64,000 bases of DNA from positions 145,762,001-145,826,000 of the forward strand of contig JBITNC010000001.1 in assembly GCA_050084985.1 (NCBI GenBank), written 5' to 3'. Of this stretch, positions 28,062-41,173 are shown piece after piece. The translations under genes and the position numbers were made by a program. The stretch is from Nageia nagi (taxonomy: Eukaryota > Plantae > Pinophyta). The notes below the pieces were generated by a model. The model was given only the letters and a program-made list of their open reading frames with translations. It was not told the DNA's origin and did no database searches. How positions within the stretch are numbered: position 1 is the first letter of the stretch; every line of letters starts with the position of its first letter.

Positions 28062-28959
28062 TGATAGTGTTCTAGAAGATTGTAACCCCTCAACTTAGAA
28101 AGAATTAGAACATAATCTAGAGGAACTTGATGAGCTCCCATCCAATGCATTATAAGTACTCATAAAAGAATATCTTCCTTTCATTATTCAAACTTTATAA
28201 GAAGTTGATATCGAAGTCAAACACCTCCTAGGCTTTAACCTAGATACCAATCTCGAATATACCAAATAGAGGAAAATGATTTAACAAAATTAATATGATA
28301 TGACCTTAACCCCTTATTGAAAGGTTTCTAAGTATTTCAAACCTTTTAAAGTTCCTTTTTTACATTTTTCTATCACTAATGTTCCTCCCAAACCTCAAAT
28401 TCCTAACCAAACCCTTGGTACTCATAGAACCCTAATGATACCACTAGACCTAACATTGTTGCTCTATTACTTGATCAAAATCCTAATCAATATTTTCTAG
28501 ATCTTAGGATTTTTGTACCATAGTTATTTCCCTCATATGATAAATAATTGGAAGATAAGATTGACAAATAAGATCTACTAATTGATATCTTAGAATATGA
28601 AGAGCCTCAAAAGCCACCCATCCCTAAATCTTTCATGGATGAACTTGATCTAGCAATAGCATTTGGCATGAAAGAAAGACCAGGTTAGTTAGATGCAAAA
28701 TTCAATATATTGAAGAAAGAACTAAAGTTTTGAAGCTTAATAGGCAGTATGTGGCTACTCCACCAGAATACTAATTAGAGATGGTTAACATTCTTGTAAG
28801 AACTTTAAAGTAGTAAAAAGTTCACTATTTTGGTTTATTTATGAGTTTATCAAAGTAAATGAATATAGATATTGTGGACCATTATAACAAGTACCTCTTG
28901 ATGTTGCACTACAACAAATACTATAGTTAAAGAAATAAAATGTTTCCATCATGGCTTGT

Positions 28960-30060
28960 ATCAACAAAGTTACATTTGGAGTTTGAAGAGGTACTGAGAA
29001 CCCCTTTCATTATCATATATGCTAGAGAAGGTATGACAAACAAATAATATTTATGATATTTGATGATCATTCTAATCCTAGAATACATTTGCAAAATTAT
29101 CACTTAGAGGTTGTTTCATTGGAAAATAATGATGATTTGTTGGCTAAGTTATTGATCCCTATTAGTTTAAAAGTTGAATCATTGTTGTGCTTTATTAATC
29201 TACCTAATGAAAGTATTACATATTTTGATGATGTTGGGAAAGGTTTTTTGGATTGATATAACTTGTTTGTATCTCAAGAACCATCTCCCTTATACATGTA
29301 CACCCTAAAAGAGAACCAATTTCAATTTATTAGCAATTTCACTATTGAGTGGCACAAAATATCTAACCAAGTTCACATTCCTACCAAAGAAAAGAAGCAT
29401 GTTCTTTTTTAAGCCTTGTTACCATCTTATAGAAGTGACTTGTCAGATTTCTTGGATTATCCATATGACAAACTAATAGATAAAATTATTAGTAAAGAAG
29501 ACCATCATAAAGCTTTCAACAAACACTTAGCCCACATGAAGTGAAATTCAATCCACAAACCTATTTTTCCTAATAAACCTAGAAAGACACATTATAATGA
29601 GCCTAAAGTTAAAATTATAGCTTGTGTTAGCTATAATGATATAGAATTTTGGAAGCCTAGCAAGTCACATAGGTAGTATAACAAGTTCCATGAGAACATT
29701 AGTGAGATATTGGATGCCTTAATAGCCATGAAACTAGTCCATTATGTGTTAAGGAAAGAGCCCCCTGAATTAAACCTCCAAGCTATCAAGCACACCTCTT
29801 TTGTAATTTTTATAGAAGAGTCGATCATGCAACAAAAGAGTGTTATCATATCAAAAATATAATCCAAGCTTTACATAATAAAGATAGATTTAAATTTCAG
29901 CATAAATTTTTTGATGAGATTTTGTAGCAGCACAAGTTTAAAGTAGTATAGGATGGATCAATACGCCCTCAAAATCAAATATTGAAGATATTAAACAATC
30001 CATTTCCATAATTCAAGATGGTAGAACTTGATATGAAGGAAAGAAGTTACAAACCAATAA
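28960..30060 (+). pseudogene. Decayed Ty3/Gypsy (Tat/Athila-like) gag
   Basis: IFDDHSNPRIHLQNY...DDLLAKLLIPISLK...FINLPNESITYFDDV matches the Retrotrans_gag pattern. A downstream knuckle FCNFYRRVDHATKECYHIKNIIQ lies at about 29800-29868. No pol follows. Confidence 0.8.
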
Positions 30061-31487
30061 TGTGAGTATCCCTCAACCATAACCATAATAACAAGCTCAA
30101 CAACCATAGGTTATAGGTATGGTTCTTGATATACGTGGTATTTAGGCTATTGCATAAATTATTTCAATGTATTTTCTATTTTCAAATTCCTTTTTCATTG
30201 TTTTTCTCAAAATTTGTAGTTCTTAATTTTAAAATTATTATTATTGTATTCTGTTACCCAAGTGATGATGTTGGAATATAGCATCGTTGCTCCATTCTTA
30301 GTCCCATATGATCAAAATATTATCATAATGTCTTAGTTATATAACTTTCATTACAAAAATATGTATGTGCTTATTCACTTCACTTCATATTTTTGAAAAA
30401 TGTTAGCAAATATGATGAATGGGAACCTAGATTGTAAGCCTTCTTTGCCTTTCCATTTCTAGGCCTCTTTTTCTATCAATTAGGTGATATCCTAAATAAT
30501 GTTTATTTCTTGTTTCAACCTTTCCTCCTTATCCAAGCACTTATGTTGTATCCTAGTGCTATCACTCTATCATGTTTATCATTAACATGAATATTTTAAG
30601 TTTGAAAAGATTGTATATGATTGTATTGTCAAAATTAATTATTGTTAAAGTACCTTTTATTTTTTGATCTAGCTAATAACATGTTTCATGTCAATTTTGC
30701 ATAATTTTGTATACATTCATTTTGCTTAAATCTATAATGTTACAATAATATTTTTTATTTTTGTCAAAATTAGTCATAAATTTTTTATCTTATAAATAAA
30801 CATATCATTCATGCTAATAAACAAACAAATAAATATAAATCCAAAAATTCATATTTTTGTATGTATAAATATATATAAAAATAAGTCTATAAATATAGGT
30901 CTCTTATACAAACTAGTTCCCCCATGGGAACTCTAACCAATAGATGGATCATAGGTCCTACTCCTACTCTTAGATCTAGACCAACTAGTCAATGTAGTCA
31001 CCAATATCTTCCCAAATTGAATAAGTTGGCTATCCTTTACCATAATCATATCATAGATCCCCTTTAGTTCTTGGTGATGCATCACATGAGGAAGACACTA
31101 CAAAGTCTCTATTTGAACATCTTTTGCCTTAAATGTTACTTGTAGACTCACCACCTATGCTTATAATGCTTTCACCTCCTGAGTATCTAGCCCTATTTCA
31201 AAAAGGTTACAGTCAATTATTTTTTGTAATAAACCAATTGCCAAATCCTAAGAGTCTATGTATACTAGAGGTGTTTACTAGGGGAGCTATAGCTCCTTAT
31301 GAGGATGGTGAAAATGGGCTCACTAACTATGTAGATAGTAGAAGTTCAACAACATTTGTAGGCTCCTCTCTTGCTATATCCTCCTCCCTTCTCCTACCCA
31401 TATCCTTCTATTCCTCTAAATTATCTTCCTCCTCATCCTTTAAGCCTAGTGGGTAAGACCTCATCGAGTCCCACTATCATTGATATT

Positions 31488-32338
31488 TGTAATGACTCTA
31501 TTTTTAAGAATATCTTGCATTTGGAATTTTCCATAAATCTTTTCTCCTACAAGTCAGATATGGTCGTTACACCTTCAGAATTAGATAGAGCATCTCATGG
31601 CATTTATTTTAAGTGGTCACATGACCCCTTTTGGACAAGAAATAAAGGAGTTATGGCTACTTGAAGTTTGCCAATCGAACCAGTCTTCCATATCGTGCCT
31701 ACACACGAAAATCCACTTAACTTAGTGGATTTTTACTTAAAAGTGCAATGTTGAATTATAATAAACTTTTATGTTATTCTAATATTATTTAAGTACTTTT
31801 ATTTGTAATAAGGCAATCAATGGCTTAGATTAGCTTAGAGGGGTCAATGTAAGATTAGGGTTGGAGTCTATATAAGGAGATGCAACACTCCATTTTGGGT
31901 ATGTTATGTGATATGAGAATTGAATATTGAAACCCTAGAGTTTCCATGAGTTGAGATTGTAGGTCTTGATCATTCCCATAGTGCATTGGAGGTGCATGGT
32001 TGGGGACTTGGCAATATCATTGAAGGTGTTATTGTCCTAAAATATCAAAAATACAAAAAGAGGCATCTGTGAATGGTTCATGGCATTTCTTTTGTGGAGG
32101 GATTCACTCAATTTGGAAAGTTTGTATCTGCATTTTTAGTTTCGTGAGGATTCCATTTGTCCATTCCAACTTTGTATTGGTTTGGAAATATTTAATATAT
32201 GATACTGGCCAATTTCTCCTCATACTAGTGTTATTTTATGAGCAATTTATGAGTTGTTTTATAGCTGCAATTTATTTCTACATTTTTATGTTGAGGGTTT
32301 GCTAGAAATAAAGAAATAAAAATAAAAGGAACATCACA
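31488..32338 (+). repeat. 5' LTR (851 bp)
   Basis: About 95% identical to 36714-37565 by eye (roughly 40 substitutions, nearly all transitions, 3 single-base indels). TATA-like CTATATAAG at about 31868. Confidence 0.97.
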
Positions 32339-33334
32339 AGTGGTATCAGAGCTTGGATCTTGCCAACCTGCGGTTAGATCTAACATTTTTCAAATATTTG
32401 GAGTTAATGTTTTTGCAAAAAATTTAGATCTTCAATTTTTAGCATCTGGGTGTTGAATATTTTTGGGGGATCTAATAGATCAAGGAGGTTTACATTTTAA
32501 AAGCAATTTTTCAAGGTTAAAAGGCATTTTTTAAAGAAAATCTACATTCCTAGACTAAGTCATCTAGGGTTGAGAGATAAGAATTATAGGATTGAAAGCT
32601 ATTTTCAAACATAAAAAGTCTTGATCTATTATTCTAGCTAGTCAAAAAAATTTTGCTCAAGGATTCTAGGCAGAATTGGAGTTTTGAGTAAAAAAATTTT
32701 TGCAAAATTTTCAGATCTAGCATTTTTTAGTGTTTCTCAATTATGGGTATCTCAATTTTAGAGTTTTTCAGAATTAGGGTTGCCAATTTTATAATGAAAA
32801 TATTTTGGGTATTACAGATTCTTGGTAATTTGTTTGGTTGCAGAAAGAACCCCTAATTTCGTGGGTATCAAGAAACCCTATTTTGAGGGGCCATTTGAGG
32901 CCAATTTTGGAGTTCCAGCATCAGATCTAGCATACTAAGCTAAACATCTAACCTTAAGGGGTATTTTTGAACACTTCATATGCAATTTTAAGCTTTTAGA
33001 AGGGTTTTTATAGAGGAAAAACAAGAAGGTGACATTTTTGAAGATTCAGTTAGTTGGAGGTATTTATCGGGTAGATTTGAGCACCCATTAAGCTCTACTT
33101 CTCATTGCCACCTTTAGAAAAAATGTTGAAATTTTTTTTATATGAGATCTAGCATTTCCTATGATTTTTGACCTATTTTTTAGTAATTGTACAAATAGGG
33201 GTTTGAAGGTTGATGTTTGCTAAGAGTGGATCATGGAAATATTCAGGAGAAAAGAGAATTAGTAGAAGTTGGATGCAATGATTATTTTGATGCAAAAGAT
33301 GGTGACATTAGAGGAAGCAAATAGATAAGCAATA

Positions 33335-34912
33335 GTGACATTAAAAAGGGTAAACATGCAACAAAATGGAACCAATGAACCTAAAAGAGAGAAAAGACAA
33401 GTGCAACAAAAAATGACCATTCCCACCTTTAATGGTCAAGATAGTTTATCAACTTTGGGAAAAATAGAGAAAGATAAAATTTTCCATAAAAAAGAAGAGC
33501 TTGAGGAGAATTATGCAAAAAATTTTGAAGTTGTTCCTACCATTGAAAAAGAGGAAAGGGGCCAAACAGAAAATTTTGAAGAAAATGCAAGTAGTGAAGA
33601 CATTTCAGCAATGAAGCATGGTTCATCTAGCATGATTGATTTCACTCAAGAGATTGGTGATAGAGATGCTACTCTCCCACTTGAGGTATGTTTGAAAGAG
33701 AATAAAAATACTTCCTTTTGTACATTTATACCTACACATGTTGAAAATGAATTCAATGAGAAACATGATGCTCATGATTTGGGAAAAGAGTTAGAGAATG
33801 TTTCAAATTTGTTTTTTGCATACTCTATGAAAAAGCTACAAAAGGGTGTTGAAGAATTTTCAGTTTGTGAAAGTTTGGAGAGAAATGGGCTAGAAATCCA
33901 AATTAAGCCCTTAAATAATTATGATCATAATGGCCTTAGTTTTCCTTGTGTGAAGAGTTTTGTGAGGGAAAGATCAATCACATTTGAGAATTATGATCAA
34001 TCTTTAAATGCATGGGATCTAGGAATTCTTTTCATATATGGTAAGAGTTCTTTTGGAGGAAAGAATCACAAACATATTCAGCCATGGTACATGTCTCATA
34101 CTCATCTCATGGGAGGAGGACAATCCTTTGACATTTCACAAATTCTGTTATGTAAAGGTAAATTTACTACAACCATAGTTCCTTCAAACAAAATGTTTAT
34201 TTTTCTCATGTGGATGCATCAACATGGTAGGAGGTGTAGAACACTTCTCAAGTGGGACATTGTAGAAGGAGATACTTTTTCATGGACATATGTGGTATCT
34301 TTTCACTTATTTTTGTGGCTTTCATGGATTTACAAATTGCTAATTCAATTTTGGTATTTGGAGTGGACTTTTGAAGTCTTATATGTGAGTAGAATGGTGC
34401 AAAATTCTCACTTTTTTGCAATCAATAAATTTGATTTAACAATCAAAAAAATTGTAGAAGAAAATGAAAACAATTGGCATATTTTTCATCATACATGTTC
34501 ACATGATACTTTTAGTCTTTTAAATAGTTGGAATAGCCAACAAAGAAGCACCATGATTGGAAAATTTGAGAGAGTTACAGTTGCAAATTTGATGAATTTT
34601 TTGAGCAGAAAAAGGACTGATTCCACACTTGATTGGGAGACTTATGTACATTTCATGTATGGTTTAAAATGTAAATGGGATAGATGGGTTGTACTTTTGG
34701 TTGAACCTTGGCATGCATTGGTTCATAATGTCATCTTGATGATTTTTTATTTCATTTTGAGAATGTGTAATAGTTCCAGATGGAAAGTTAATCATTTCAT
34801 TTACAGATTGTTGGAGTTGGAAGACATTTTGAGCAATTCATGGGTCTTAGAGAAGCACTTGGGTAGTCTTGATTGCATTTTTTCTACTTTTATACCATTC
34901 ATAGCCTTGTAA
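33335..34912 (+). CDS. 525-codon ORF of unknown function inside the LTR element; N-terminus has a gag-like remnant
   Basis: ORF track. KMTIPTFNG resembles the Gypsy gag KxxIPxFxG motif; the rest is unrecognisable and H/W/C/F-rich. The frame stays open past the TAA to about 35062. Confidence 0.5.
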   Translation: MTLKRVNMQQNGTNEPKREKRQVQQKMTIPTFNGQDSLSTLGKIEKDKIFHKKEELEENYAKNFEVVPTIEKEERGQTENFEENASSEDISAMKHGSSSMIDFTQEIGDRDATLPLEVCLKENKNTSFCTFIPTHVENEFNEKHDAHDLGKELENVSNLFFAYSMKKLQKGVEEFSVCESLERNGLEIQIKPLNNYDHNGLSFPCVKSFVRERSITFENYDQSLNAWDLGILFIYGKSSFGGKNHKHIQPWYMSHTHLMGGGQSFDISQILLCKGKFTTTIVPSNKMFIFLMWMHQHGRRCRTLLKWDIVEGDTFSWTYVVSFHLFLWLSWIYKLLIQFWYLEWTFEVLYVSRMVQNSHFFAINKFDLTIKKIVEENENNWHIFHHTCSHDTFSLLNSWNSQQRSTMIGKFERVTVANLMNFLSRKRTDSTLDWETYVHFMYGLKCKWDRWVVLLVEPWHALVHNVILMIFYFILRMCNSSRWKVNHFIYRLLELEDILSNSWVLEKHLGSLDCIFSTFIPFIAL

Positions 34913-35331
34913 AGACTCTTGAGTACACTTGAAGCCTTGTACATCTTCAATTCAGGTTTGATATGGAGCACACTACATTGGAGGATTTTAAGTTGGTATT
35001 TGATCACTGACATACATAAGATGGCATACAATTTTCAGATTGCAGAACTTACAATGAAATAATTTGATTTGTGAGTTTATTTGGGCATACCAAAAGAAGG
35101 TTTTATATATACTTGTCAAATATTAGTACATCTTCCTTCATGTTTTACACTCCACTTTGCAAGATGTTTTGGACTATTCTGATGACAATTAGTGTGGCAA
35201 ACAATTTATACAAATATGATTGTACATTGCATGATTTTTTATGCAATAAGAGTTGAGACTGATATGCATGAGTTGCAAAATTGCATATGTGTTCTTTTGC
35301 TCAACTTGGATAAGGCAAAATAGAAAATTTC

Positions 35332-36864
35332 ATGTGTAAAGGTGCAATGATCAATTATAGGGAGAAAAGGAAGATAAATTCATACTTGGGTAGACATGAA
35401 AACATTCCACAAAGGTACAAGTTGAATTCTAATTTTTATGATAACAGTGCACTATTTCATTTGGGGTATGATGAGGATGAATTTATTTATAGAAAACATA
35501 ATGAGTTTCAGAAATTGGTGTCTTGTGGTGATGCCAACATATTTGGGAAGGTAACTTATTTTCATTTTGCCATGAATTTAAGTTATATACTTTTTGCATT
35601 GGTTGGTTTTGAAAGTGTATTTTCAATTATGGGAGCACATAGTCATGATTGTTGTGGTTTTGAACATAAAAGTGTGAGTAAGTCTTCATCCATGATGTGC
35701 ACATTTAGTTCAAAGTTACTACAACAGTATGAAGAAGTACTGGAAAAGGTGTGCAACATGTTTTTGACTAAGGAAAGAATTTTTGATGAAGTCACTAATA
35801 TTTGGCATGGTTTGAAAGTCATACGGGAGGTAATAAATTATGTAATTGGTTGTGATATTACTACTGTACATTTCATTTTTAGTCATTATTTTCTTGAGAT
35901 ATTTGCTAGTTATCTTTCATTCATGCATGGCACAATGATGGGAAATAATGAAAGCATAAGGTTAGATAAGTGTAATGCATTTATGGCTATTGGAAAGAGA
36001 AAACCAAACATGTTAGACTTTTATTCCAGCCAATTTTCCAAGAGCTCAATCATCATTATTGATGATTTATTGATGCTTCTACATAATGCAACTATGAGGG
36101 ATGGAGAATCACACAGTTTGCCTACATTTTGGGAGTACAAAAACTATGTTTTTACTATTGTTATCAGAAAATCAAACTTGTTATGTATTCATGATGGACT
36201 TGGTGATGAAGAAGCAATATGGACTTTTGCCACATTTAGAAGTATCACTTGCTTTCATGAACACCATTACTTTGATTTGGGTTTGAAAGTTACTATTTTA
36301 GTTTTGGCTAGTTTGAGAGATGCAATTTCAGCCTTTGAAAGCTTGGGTTATATTTATTTTGGGCATAAACATAATATGAATAATAAGTTTCAAATTTTGA
36401 TATGCACACTCAGTTCAATTTTGAAATAGCAGTATGAAAGGACATGTAAGCAATCTTCATTCATTGCTGTATTAAAGAAATTAGACCTATTTCATACTTA
36501 GTTTTGGCTAGCCTATGTTAAATCAGACTTAACTTCACTCAATTTTGAGGCATATGGAGGCTTGAGAGAGATTTGGGAAAGTTTTGGTAAAGTTCTCTTT
36601 GGTAGAATTATTTGGGATCCTGGTATCAAAGATGATTTAAATTTGTTTCAGCTGAGTAGGGTAGAGTTGGTGTTGGGATTGCTTGAGGACAAGCAATTTG
36701 AGAAGGTTGGACTTGTAATGACCCTATTTTTAAGAATATCTTACATTTGGGATTTTCCACAAATCTTTTCTCCTACAAGTCAGATATGGTCATTGCACCT
36801 TCAGAATTGGATAGAGCATCTCATGGCATTTGTTTTAAGTGGTCACATGACCCCTTTTAGATAA
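35332..36864 (+). CDS. 365-codon ORF plus in-frame continuation (two internal TAG) running into the 3' LTR, unknown function
   Basis: ORFs 35332-36429 and 36562-36864 share a frame, separated only by TAG at 36427 and about 36499. It reads IIWDPGI...LLEDKQF just before the LTR, resembling the end of Gypsy pol. Confidence 0.5.
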
Positions 36865-37565
36865 GAAATGAAGGAGTTATGGCTACTTGAAGTTCACCAG
36901 TTAGACCAATCTTCCATATCATGCCTACACACGAAAATCCACTTAACTTAGTGGATTTTTACTTAAAAGTGCAATGTTGAATTATAATAAACTTTTATGT
37001 TATTCTAATATTATTTTAAGTACTTTTATTTGTAATAAGGCTAATCAAAGGCTTAGATTAGCTTAGAGGGGTCAATGCAAGATTAGGGTTGGAGTCTATA
37101 TAAGGAGATGCAACACTCCATTTTGGGTATGTTATGTGATATGAGAATTGAATATTGATACCCTAGAGTTTCCATAAGTTGAGATTGCAGGTCTTGCTCA
37201 TTCCCATAGTGCATTGGAGGTGCATGGTTGGGACTTGGCAATACCATTAAAGGTGTTATTGCTCTAAAATATCAAAAATACAAAAAGAGGCATCTGTGAA
37301 TGGTTCATGGCATTTCTTTTGTGGAGGGATTCACTCAATTTGGAAAGTTTGTATCTGCATTTTTAGTTTCATGAGGATTCCATTTGTCCATTCTAGCTTT
37401 ATATTGGTTTGGAAATATTTAATATATGATACTGGCTGATTTCTCCTCATACTAGTGTTATTTTATGAGCAATTTCTGAGTTATTTTATAGCTGTAATTT
37501 ATTTCTACATTTTTATGTTGAGGGCTTGCTAGAAATAAAGAAATAAAAATAAAAGGAACATCACA
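36714..37565 (+). repeat. 3' LTR (852 bp)
   Basis: TGTAATGACC...GGAACATCACA, a direct repeat of 31488-32338. Confidence 0.97.
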
Positions 37566-40344
37566 ATATTCTAGAGTGTGTTGATGTTGTGGGGTAGTAA
37601 CCTTAGGGGTATGGTCCTCTAATGCAACCCACTCTATATATCATATTATCAAAATCATCACCCTTGGTGGAATTGATTGATATTGGTAGTACCAAGCTAT
37701 AATAGGTCATACCCTCACTAAAATCACATCATGTGATATGCTTGGCTAATAAAACTCAATCACCTATCTATGACCCTAGATATTATATGATTTCATACTC
37801 CATTATAACTCAATTTTGGACTCCTCCCATATTGGCAAGTCAAAGTATGGGTCCCATATCAAATCATCCTCATCTAACAAATCTTTGACACTACTTAACT
37901 TCCCATGTCATCCCTATCTATTGTGTGGTCTTCCATCAAAATAAATGGGATATGTTTGCCCATATCACATGCAAAGATAGGTATGATCTATTCTAATATG
38001 CTCATAATCCCAAGCTTATAAGATAAATGAATAGGCCATATTCATGCCTCCCTTCTTCATAGAAATAAAGCAATAAAGATCCTTATATGGCATGGAAAAT
38101 TTGCAAGGTGACCATGTGTCCTTATCCCTATGAGGTCATATCCCTCTCATTATGTGAATAAAACCAATGTGGAAGCATTGGTGGTTCTTATCACTACAAA
38201 TGCTAGTGTTAATAAGCACCACAACATACACTCTAAAATATTAAGTGAAGTATATGTCCTCTAGGGGAATGTATATTGTGTCATGAATGGGCATACCCTT
38301 CTTTTATTATTGGTAGTATAGAACCCTATCAACTAATGGAAGTGATCCTCCATCTTTTCGATATATAAATTAACCCTTTGAATTAATGTACCCTTAATGA
38401 GTGTTACAAGATGTAATGAATATCAATAAGGGTTATGGTCATCTCACCTATAGGTAAGTGGAATGTGTTGGTATCATCATAGGATGTGCATAATGCCCCT
38501 CATGTGATTAAGTTCAAATGACTCTACCCATCCCTTATCCTTCGTAATCAATATAAAATCCAAAGCCACATCCATAGCTAGACTGCATGGCTCACACCTC
38601 ATCAAGTAGGCCTGATCCTTCATGCAAATCAAACATGAAAATATATCACTAACCAAATATCAAATTTAAAGTATCAAAACTTAAAATATACTATTTTTTC
38701 CTAATTAGCAATTTTTATGATGAGTTTTTCCAAAATTGTAAAGTACAAGTGTGTTTAACAATCTGTAAAGATGTTGTTTTATTCATTTTTAAAAAAATCA
38801 TCCTAGTGGTGATGATAGGATTCCAATAGAGCCATCCAATTTTAGCCCCCAATTTAATTTTTTTTGAAACCCATCAAATTTATCCTAGATTATATGATAA
38901 AAATTTGTTATAATTCCTATCATGCATGTAAAAATCTACCCCTACTTTTTTACCTCATATGTTTCGAAAAAAATTCCAAATTTAGCAAAAACATGACTAA
39001 TTTAAAAAAGTAAACCATCAAAAACCTTCTTATCAATGTATAGAATAAGAATATAAGGAAATTTTTAGTACTTGGTACCCCTTAGGGAAATAATGAATAA
39101 CTAGATACCACTGAACTTATTATGAAGTAAAATTAGCAAGCTATATCTGCAATAAATGCATCCAACAAGTCAATAATACCCTCATAATATCTTGAAAATC
39201 CAAATAGGCTAAAAGAGACCTTAACAACTAGAGGTAAAGTTAAAAAATATGAATGTGCAAATAAAACTAAATTTTGCCTACTTATAAACTCTTTGGAAAT
39301 CCCTTTTCCAATTTAATCCCCTATCCTTGGCAATGCACCAAAATTAACCTCTTTTTATCATTAAATACATGTATGCCTATCTTTGGCCTCTTAATTGAAA
39401 CCTTAATTCACATTTAATGTCATGTTATTAAGACCTTTATTTATTAAATTTTATCCTGCATATGTTCTTTGTTTGCACATAATAAAAAGGTGAATCACTA
39501 TCTATAATAGCATATAAAATTGTTAAAAACCCTTTTTGGGGTAAATCAATAAAATTAAGATGAAATGATCATCAAATTTTGCTTTGATTTATATGTTCCT
39601 ATAAATTAATATTCTTTTTCACTTCATGAATGTAAAATAAAATGAGAAGCTTTTTACTTTTAGAATTTACCTCTCTTCTTATAGTATCAATTCTACATTT
39701 CTAGTGGTATCGTTGGGTGAAAGCTTCCAACTTTCATTTCTTTTCATTTTGTTATTTTTTATATACACCTAAATAAGAAAAAAATTGTGTATCTTGTATT
39801 TATGTAAGGTAATTGATCAATATTACTTCCTTTGCAATAGCTTATCATATTTCAAAGACATGTTTAAAATATTCTTTTCAGTTTTTACATCATAGATACA
39901 TATTCATTTCATACATATCAATATACATTATTATGGTATTTCAAATAATACTTTTTTAAATACAACTTTCTTAACTTACTTATCAAATATTGGTTACATT
40001 TCTTTTCAAATTTTCTTATCAATTAATATTTCTAAAAATTTGCATGATTGCTTATCATATATAGTGCTTATCGCAACTTTATCATATCTTGCTTATCATG
40101 CTTTGCTAAAATATGTTTGTATAATATTTTCTTATCACACATTTCTTATCTTATCTAATATTATGCTTATCATATCTTATCCTATGCTACAAAGTATTTT
40201 TCATATCATTTTTACTGCTCATAACATTGGCCTCCTTGAGGGATTATTCATAATCAAAGATATGACATTCCATGATATAATATCGAATCCTTGATAGGTG
40301 GTAATATACTTGTGTCATTCTTGACTGGTATTTCTTAACATCAT

Positions 40345-40760
40345 CTATCATATCTATATTTTGTTACACTTTGAGCTCAACATTCCTATGATATTTAATC
40401 CATCCATGAGCTATATTCCATGCATCAAAGGTAGGATGACAAAATCGATCCAAAAGGTGAGGTATTATCAAAAGATGATCGAGAGACATTGTTGGATTCC
40501 TAACATCAATGTTGGCTTGAGGTCATATTCATGGCTCCATATTTGAGAGAAGCTCATCATTCAACCTCTTTCAATTCTACCTTTTCCTTATTTATCATCA
40601 TAAGTAAAGTACACATTTGTATCTTTCATAAATCCATTTTTGATAGGTCAAGGTCAATTATGTCATTTTCACATTTCATTTTGTCAATTTCTAATTATTT
40701 CATGGTAAATTAGTTAAATTAATATTTTATAAATAACCCTAACTAATATTATTTTGGTTA
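40345..40760 (+). repeat. Dispersed repeat, copy 2 (copy 1 at 8630-9050)
   Basis: Collinear similarity to 8630-9050. Confidence 0.8.
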
Positions 40761-40892
40761 TAACAAAATGTACAATAGAAAAATTAATCAAATAATTGAA
40801 TAATAAATTTTATAATTACAAAAATAAATCCTAAAATAATAATAAAATAAATATCTAAACAATATATAAATGTATTGTATATTTATTTGTAT

Positions 40893-41130
40893 CCCCAAGG
40901 GATATTGTGATGGTTAAGTGCTTGGATTTGCCTTTTGGAGATCTTAATTTTGAATCTCACTTACTATTTCATTGTATCATAGTGCTACTTTGCATCGGCT
41001 ATGGTTTTTCTATAATCATTCTATTATTTACATCCACTAAGTGGATAGTGGAGACTTTAAAAGATTTACCCTAATTGGTAGTCATGAGGGGACTCCTAAA
41101 ATAGTTTTCCTTACTTTCAAAGGATATATA
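40893..41130 (+). mobile_element. Possible decayed tRNA-derived SINE
   Basis: A-box-like GTGATGGTTAAG and B-box-like TTTTGAATCTC at tRNA-like spacing, followed by (TA)n. Absent from the paralogous 56500 region. Confidence 0.3.
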
Positions 41131-41173
41131 TATATTATATATATATATACAAATTTATTTTTGAATTACAAAT

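Larger units (their letters stand above)
31488..37565 (+). mobile_element. Structurally complete non-autonomous LTR retrotransposon (6078 bp), Gypsy-derived
   Basis: Two LTRs with TGT...ACA ends. TSD ATATT at 31483-31487 and 37566-37570. PBS TGGTATCAGAGC at 32341-32352. Purine-rich GAGAAGGTTGGA before the 3' LTR. No RT/IN motifs inside. Confidence 0.97.
30900..38620 (-). pseudogene. TE-borne plant mobile domain (PMD, PF10536-like) ORF, decayed and interrupted by the LTR element at 31488-37565
   Basis: Minus strand about 38500-38405 reads GALCTSYDDTNTFHLPIGEMTITLIDIHYIL (PMD hallmark TFHLPxGEMTITLxD). About 38025-37995 reads L*AWDYEHI. Continuation into 31487-30900 is inferred from the TSD and an acidic/charged tail. 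Confidence 0.8.

Noticed and set aside
31133-32305. Short plus-strand ORFs 31133-31456, 31371-31664 and 32069-32305
   Set aside because: They are antisense to the PMD tail or lie within the LTR, with no recognisable protein features.
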